From: an uncultured Trueperaceae bacterium | GTDB taxonomy: Bacteria; Deinococcota; Deinococci; Deinococcales; Trueperaceae | Reading direction: 5' to 3' | Length of the DNA stretch: 64,000 nt | Assembly (NCBI GenBank): GCA_963799485.1 | Contig: CAWCXJ010000007.1 | Span: 96,001 to 160,000 of the forward strand | In this document: positions 58,607-64,000 of the stretch, in pieces | Numbering within the stretch: the stretch's first letter is position 1 | Layout of the letters: the number at the start of each line of letters is the position of its first letter | Program-made: the position numbers and the translations under genes | Notes under the pieces: generated by a model | Database searches by the model: none | Seen by the model: the letters and a program-made list of their open reading frames with translations, nothing else | What the model was told of the DNA's origin: nothing

Positions 58607-59851
58607 TCAGAGGGTCTTGTCCAACGCTTCAATAAGCTGCGTTATATCACCCTCGCTCGTATAGTGAACGAACGACAACCGGAGCACGCCGTCACCGCCT
58701 ATCCCTAAAGCGTCCAGCAACCTTGCCGCGTAAAAGTGCCCGTAAGCGCACATGACGCCGCGCTCAGCCAACCTTTCGACCAGTTCAGCCGAAGAGCGAC
58801 CTTCAACAACCAAAGAAACCGTCGGAGCGCGGTTTTCCAGAGTTTTGGGGCCGATGATACGGACTTTAGGGTGAGCATTTAGGTAGTCCAACAGCGGTTC
58901 CAGCCGCGCCAACTCTGCGTTTCTGAAAAGGTCATGGACGGCTTTGGCTTTTACGGCGGCCTCGGCCTGTGTGTCGGCGTTCGCACCGTAATGATGCCCG
59001 TAAACTGCGCCAAAGTAGTCCGTTACACCCCGCGCCGCCGCAATCTGCGCGTGGTCCGGCCCCGCCGGGGTCAGGCGTTTGGTGGTATTGCCCTCATTAA
59101 AGTAGTGTCCCTGATTCGTCAGTTTTTGCGCTGTGCCCTCACGCACCACCATCACGCCCTGATGCGGCCCGTAAGTTTTATAGGTCGAAAAAAGGTAGAT
59201 ATCCGCGCCTAGCTCCCCTACGTCCGGGAAGCCGTGACCGGCGTAAGAGACGCCGTCTACAACCGTAACCGCGCCGACCTCGTGCGCGAGTTCGGCAACG
59301 TTACGGACCGGATTGATTTCACCGACGATGTTCGAGCAGTGCGGGAAGGCAACGATTTTGGTCTTTTCAGACAACAGCGTCTGCAAAGCCTCCAGGTGCA
59401 ACCTGCCCGCAGCGTCAACTTGCCACTCTTTAACGGTCACACCGTACGCTGCAAGACGCCGCCACGCGCCGCTGTTCGCCTCATGGTCTTGGTTGGTGAC
59501 GATGATTTCGTCGCCCGCCTTTAGATAGTCCCGAAACGCTTGCGCCAGGACGTAAATATTTTGCGTCGTCGAGGGGCCGAAGTACACCTCATCAGGTTGG
59601 ACACCCAAGTAGGCGGCAAAGCCGGGGTAGCTCGAGTCCATCTCTCTACCCGCTGCTTGCGAAACCGGATAACGGTGATGGGGCTGCACCTTCAGCTTCG
59701 TGTAAAAGTCGTGGAGCCTGCCGATAACCTGGGCGCAAGCATACGAACCGCCGGCGTTTTCAAAAAAAGCCTGTCCTGCAAGGCTGGGTTCACCAAATGC
59801 CGGAAACTGCTGCCGGACGAACGCCAAGTCTAACGCGCTGATAGCTGTCAT
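58607..59851 (-). CDS. Class V aminotransferase / cysteine-desulfurase-like protein
   Basis: ENAGGS, DHEAN, FSTYKTYGPH (PLP Lys), GHFYA and RLSFVHY. Confidence 0.85.
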   Translation of the reverse strand: MTAISALDLAFVRQQFPAFGEPSLAGQAFFENAGGSYACAQVIGRLHDFYTKLKVQPHHRYPVSQAAGREMDSSYPGFAAYLGVQPDEVYFGPSTTQNIYVLAQAFRDYLKAGDEIIVTNQDHEANSGAWRRLAAYGVTVKEWQVDAAGRLHLEALQTLLSEKTKIVAFPHCSNIVGEINPVRNVAELAHEVGAVTVVDGVSYAGHGFPDVGELGADIYLFSTYKTYGPHQGVMVVREGTAQKLTNQGHYFNEGNTTKRLTPAGPDHAQIAAARGVTDYFGAVYGHHYGANADTQAEAAVKAKAVHDLFRNAELARLEPLLDYLNAHPKVRIIGPKTLENRAPTVSLVVEGRSSAELVERLAERGVMCAYGHFYAARLLDALGIGGDGVLRLSFVHYTSEGDITQLIEALDKTL

Positions 59852-60237
59852 ACCCTCTAAAGTATGCCAGAAAACCGGGACCGCAAGTAGGGTGCGCCGT
59901 TCACATCGACAACCGTACCGGTACTAGGTCTCCTCAAACGCAAGGCGTAAAATCGGATTCGGCTCCCTGAAGCCAAGGGGCAATCCGTAATAGGCGCTGC
60001 GTCCAACGGCGTTTTCAAGAAGACCTTGTGTGCGAAAAGCTGTACACTCACGACTTGTTGGGTGTCCAGTCCCAGGGTTGTCGGGTTCCGAGTTTGGGCT
60101 GGGGCGACCTGGGTTTGGTTTTGCAAAAGTCTTTCCAGCGCTGGTAGCAGTGCAACATTGGTTTGGCAAAAAAACCGACCCTCCCGGTTTCAACACCTGT
60201 CGGCATGTCTTACGACCAATTCCGTGCCAACGACCGG

Positions 60238-60708
60238 TTAGATGATGCTCTCCAACTGCCGCACATGGTTGAGGTCGTGTCCGGCGAGTAGCCGCACCAT
60301 CAAATCGACCGAGAGCGGCCCCCGTTCAGGATGCGCGACCTCGGTAAGCCAGTCCTCGAGGCTAAACCCCGCGTAAAGTGCCAGGTTCCACGCCCGCAGT
60401 GCTTGAAAAGTTCCCAGCGCCAACGCCGGGTCGGTGCGCCCGTAGCGCGCTGCCCACACGTCTTGGTCGTAGGGTTGAGGCGCAACGTGGGCGACGGTCT
60501 GCCGGAGGCGAAAGCCGGCGGCGAGTTCGTTGTCGGCTAAGTGCGCCAGAATATGCCGCGCGTCCCATTTGCCGGGCGCGTAAGGGCAGTCTACGTCGTC
60601 CCCGAGTTGTAAAAGGATGGCCTCGAGCTTGACCGGCGTCGCCTCTAAAACCAAAATCGGTTCTTGGTCGCCGAGCAGCTCCAACATCCGCGCAACATAA
60701 GCGTTCAT
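60238..60708 (-). CDS. DinB-family protein
   Basis: PGKW, HLADNE and AGHDLNH. Confidence 0.85.
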   Translation of the reverse strand: MNAYVARMLELLGDQEPILVLEATPVKLEAILLQLGDDVDCPYAPGKWDARHILAHLADNELAAGFRLRQTVAHVAPQPYDQDVWAARYGRTDPALALGTFQALRAWNLALYAGFSLEDWLTEVAHPERGPLSVDLMVRLLAGHDLNHVRQLESII

Positions 60709-60785
60709 CTCAAAACTATAACCGCAAAACTTACGAACGTCCGCTTCAGAACACCGGCCCTGACCCGGAGCGCTATAGTGGCTTT

Positions 60786-61100
60786 ATGGCAGATACTCCT
60801 GAAATCGGCGTCCACGAAGCCCAAACCCGCGTGCAAAACGGCGCACTCCTCCTCGACGTGCGCGAACAAAACGAATACGACGAGGAGCGCATCCCCGGCG
60901 CGCAGCTCTTGCCGCTTTCTGAACTGACGGCGCGTTTCGACGAATTGCCGCAAAACCGCGAGATTATCGCGCAGTGCCGGAGCGGAAAACGGAGCGCCCA
61001 AGCCACCGATTTTTTGCGGGCACAGGGGTATGACGTAACCAATATGGAAGGCGGGATTTTACGGTGGAAGGCTGAAAGTCTGCCGACCGACAAGGATTAG
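60786..61100 (+). CDS. Single-domain rhodanese
   Basis: LLDVRE, active-site loop CRSGKRS and MEGG. Confidence 0.92.
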   Translation: MADTPEIGVHEAQTRVQNGALLLDVREQNEYDEERIPGAQLLPLSELTARFDELPQNREIIAQCRSGKRSAQATDFLRAQGYDVTNMEGGILRWKAESLPTDKD

Positions 61101-61101
61101 C

Positions 61102-61736
61102 ATGATCAGGCTCGAGTCCCTCAACGTCGGCGAAGCCAAACCGCTTATCGTCGGTAATGAGGTTGTGCAAAGTGGAATCGTTAAAACACCAACGCAGTTT
61201 GCCGACTTGGGGTTAAACGGTTTTAGCGGCGACGCACAAGCCGACAAAAATCACGGTAGCCCCGACCAGGCCGCCTATATCTGCCGCACCGAAGATCATG
61301 CGTGGTGGCGTGAAAAGCCGGGAAAATTGACATCTGGAATATCCGGTGAAAATCTGACGATCTCAGGGTTGCCCGAAACCGTCCGCATCGGCGACCGTTT
61401 AGCGTTCGGCAACCTTCTTTTAGAGGTCACGGCGGCGCGTATCCCGTGCAGTAAACTCGCTGCGCGGATGAACGATGTGCATTTCGTCAAAACATTCACC
61501 GAAGTAGGGCGACCGGGTTTTTACGTCCGGGTTCTCCGGCAAGGCCGGGTGAATGTTGGCGACAACGCCGAGTACACGCCCAACCCGGACGCTGCGCCGA
61601 GCGTCTGTGAGACCTTCGCTGGTTTCTCGAGCCTGAAGCGGACGCCGAAAAGTTAGGGGCCGCGCTTAAGGCCCCGCTAGCAACCCGGTTACGCAAGCGG
61701 TTTGAAGAAAAGCTAGCGACCTTAGCTGAGCATTAG
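61102..61736 (+). pseudogene. MOSC-domain (YiiM-like) protein, frameshifted before the C-terminal helical domain
   Basis: SGIVK, GENL, RIPC and GFYVRV. The ORF stops at 61656, but the -1 frame from about 61620 reads WFLEPEADAEKLGAALKAPLATRLRKRFEEKL…*. Confidence 0.7.
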
Positions 61737-61776
61737 CGTGCCGTGGGTTTTCGCCCACAGCACCGTCCCCACACCC

Positions 61777-63213
61777 TTACCGTCCTGCCAGGCGTTGCGT
61801 GACCTCGAGTACCCCGTACCACCAGCCCGGAAAAAAGCCGAGCAAAACGGTGCCGACAGCGGCGGTGGCAATCGCAATCCCGGTAAACGTACTTTTTGTA
61901 CCGATATCGCGGTATTCGGCGTCACGAAAGTACATGGTGGCGATGACGCGCACGTAGTAATACGCCGCAACGATGCTCGTCAGAATAGCGATGATGGCGA
62001 GGCTGATATAGCCGGCCTCGAGCGCAGCTTGAAATACCAGAATTTTCCCGACGAACCCCGCAAGTGGCGGAATCCCGGCTAGCGACAGCAGAAACAGCGC
62101 CAGCGCGAACGCCAGATACGGACGCGTTTTGCCGAGTCCGGCGAGGCGTTCTAAGTCGTCGCCCCGGTCGTTTTGGTCGGTCAGGAGGCTTAGCACCGCA
62201 AACGCGCCGATGTTCATAAAGGTGTAGGCCGTCAGATACCAGACAGTTGCCTGCGTCCCGCTACTGTCGGCAGCTAACAGCGCCAGCCCCAAGTAACCGG
62301 CGTGCGCGACGGCGGAGTAGGCCAGGAGCCGTTTCAGACTCGTCTGGACGAGCGCGACGAAGTTGCCGACGACGAGCGTCAGGGCGACGAGAATGGCCAG
62401 AGCTTGCAACAGCGAGGTGTTGAGGTTCGGATAGACCGTAGCGAAAATACGCAGCAGCGCGGCGAACGCAGCAGCCTTGACGACCACGCTCATAAAGGCC
62501 GTCACCGGGGTCGGCGCACCTGTGTAAACGTCCGGCGACCACTGGTGAAAAGGCGCAAACGCAGCTTTGAACGCGAGGCCGCCCAGGATAAACGCGCCGC
62601 CGAGGGTTGCCAGAGCGCCCTGCGAAAAACCGTCCGCTAGGAGCGTCTGCACGATTTCAGCGTAGGTGAAGCGTCCGGTTGCGCCGTACAGCAGCGCAAT
62701 CCCGTAAATCAAAAAGGCCGAGGCGAACGCGCCCAGAAGAAAGTACTTCATTCCGGCCTCTTCGGAGTCTCTCGAGCCCTGCCGCCACGCCGACAACACG
62801 TAGACCGGGAGAGAAAGAATCTCTAAGCCCAAAAGCAAGGTGATGAGGTCGCCCGCCGCCGCCATCACCAGGCCACCCGTAGCGCTCAGCAGCATCAGCG
62901 GGTAGTATTCGTAACCGCCCAGGTTATCTTCAACCGCGTCGAACGAGATGAGGAGCGCCAAAGCCGTCCCCAGCAAAATCAGTGCGCTGAGGCCGAGCGC
63001 GCTGTTGTCGGCGAGGTAACGCAGGCCAAACGCGCTCAGCGGTTCGGCGCGACCAAAAAGTTGTGCGTTAAACGCCAGCGCGACGAGTACCCCGGCAAGG
63101 CTCAGGTAGGCGACCGGGCGGGTACTCTTAAAGCCGATACCGAGCAGCACGCCGAGCGACGCGGTGATAACGAGTACTAGCGGAGGCGAGATCACGAGCC
63201 AGTTAATGTCCAC
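61777..63213 (-). CDS. nuoN: NADH-quinone oxidoreductase subunit N
   Basis: EAGMKYF, PFHQWSPDVYTGAPT, KRLLAYS and GIPPLAGF. GTG start 63213. Confidence 0.94.
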   Translation of the reverse strand: MDINWLVISPPLVLVITASLGVLLGIGFKSTRPVAYLSLAGVLVALAFNAQLFGRAEPLSAFGLRYLADNSALGLSALILLGTALALLISFDAVEDNLGGYEYYPLMLLSATGGLVMAAAGDLITLLLGLEILSLPVYVLSAWRQGSRDSEEAGMKYFLLGAFASAFLIYGIALLYGATGRFTYAEIVQTLLADGFSQGALATLGGAFILGGLAFKAAFAPFHQWSPDVYTGAPTPVTAFMSVVVKAAAFAALLRIFATVYPNLNTSLLQALAILVALTLVVGNFVALVQTSLKRLLAYSAVAHAGYLGLALLAADSSGTQATVWYLTAYTFMNIGAFAVLSLLTDQNDRGDDLERLAGLGKTRPYLAFALALFLLSLAGIPPLAGFVGKILVFQAALEAGYISLAIIAILTSIVAAYYYVRVIATMYFRDAEYRDIGTKSTFTGIAIATAAVGTVLLGFFPGWWYGVLEVTQRLAGR

Positions 63214-64000
63214 TTTCGCCCCCTTCGGCGGGTGCAGTCGGTTCAGGTGCAGCTTCAGGTGCAATTTCAGGGGCAGCTGAAGGTACGGACGCTCGCGCGT
63301 CGTAGGCGAGGATACGCGCGGCTTGCGTGTCGATACGGGAAAGTCCCGGTTTGGGAATAAGGCCGAACAGCAAAATCCCGATCACAAAGGGTAAGAGGGC
63401 GGTTAGCTCGAGCCCCCCCAAATCCTTGACTTTCTCCTTGGCGTCTACTTGGTAGAGCCGCTGATACATGTTGACGCCGTAAACTCCAGACGCGATAACC
63501 GCCAGCGTTGCAAACCCGCCCAACCAGGCGCTGCGCTCAAACGCCCCTAACAGGCTCATAAACTCCCCCGGAAAGTTCGACAACCCCGGTACGCCGATGC
63601 TGGCAAACAGCACAAAGAGCGTCAGCGCCGCCAGCACCGGGGCCGACTTTGCCAGACCCCCGTATTCGGAGCGGTCAAACGAACCGCGCCGCGCGTAGAG
63701 CATCCCGCTGATAAGGAACATCCCGCCCGTCGAGAGCATCTGCGCGGCGAACAGGTACATCGCGCCGTTTAAGCCGCTCAGGTAGAGCCCGAACACACCG
63801 ACCCCGACGATGCCCATGTGCGAGAGCGAGGCGTAGGCGAGCAGCCGTTTGAGGTGCGTTTGCGCCGTGGCAATGACCGCCGCGTAAACCGCCGTAAACG
63901 CGGCCAGCCCGAGCAGATAAGGCGTGACTGCTGCTGCACCCGCTGGAAAAAGCGGTAACGCGAAGGCAAAAAAGCCCCAGCCGCCGACCTTGTAGAGCGT
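63203..64000 (-). CDS. nuoM: NADH-quinone oxidoreductase subunit M (5' end outside the window)
   Basis: LYKVGGWGF, KRLLAYASLSHMG and PGLSNFPGEF. Directly upstream of nuoN. Confidence 0.92.
   Translation of the reverse strand, partial: TLYKVGGWGFFAFALPLFPAGAAAVTPYLLGLAAFTAVYAAVIATAQTHLKRLLAYASLSHMGIVGVGVFGLYLSGLNGAMYLFAAQMLSTGGMFLISGMLYARRGSFDRSEYGGLAKSAPVLAALTLFVLFASIGVPGLSNFPGEFMSLLGAFERSAWLGGFATLAVIASGVYGVNMYQRLYQVDAKEKVKDLGGLELTALLPFVIGILLFGLIPKPGLSRIDTQAARILAYDARASVPSAAPEIAPEAAPEPTAPAEGGESGH

Noticed and set aside
59870..60237. Possible c-di-AMP, cobalamin or SAM riboswitch, or 6S RNA
   Set aside because: The consensus elements of these families were not found on either strand.

Overview
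A 64-kb GC-rich (roughly 58-60% GC by eye) bacterial chromosomal window. Gene content and the many leaderless genes (a TANNNT -10 box 6-8 nt before the start codon) point to phylum Deinococcota, possibly Trueperaceae-like (inference). Housekeeping content: aceE-aceF, mtnN, aspC, ndk, comF, a polyprenyl synthase, ricT, rnhB, the nfeD-floA-yqfB-phoH-pgpH-ybeY-dgkA operon, lipA-lipB and nuoM/nuoN. Accessory content: a LacI-controlled sugar ABC/glucosidase operon, a TerC gene under a yybP-ykoY Mn riboswitch, a rhamnose/AI-2-like ABC and catabolic operon, a CPA1 antiporter, and a GbsR/MarR-controlled operon of two FtsX permeases, a LolA-like protein, an ATPase and a beta-barrel. The 14-31 kb region is decaying. 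It holds IS630, IS982 and ISAs1 remnants, host gene 5' ends fused to IS interiors, and a lower-GC island with a broken lipoprotein zinc metalloprotease and its partner lipoprotein. The most unusual signals are: (i) two related 39- and 42-bp structured in-frame micro-insertions in unrelated IS remnants; (ii) dispersed intergenic hairpins built from 7-nt repeats, with one compensatory base-pair change; (iii) strong CTCGAG excess, with one deletion junction at that motif; (iv) three probable ATA/ATC/ATT start codons; (v) a blue-copper protein gene directly after aceF, with four tandem boxes upstream of aceE. No rRNA, tRNA or CRISPR array was seen. All family calls come from motif recognition by eye, not database searches.
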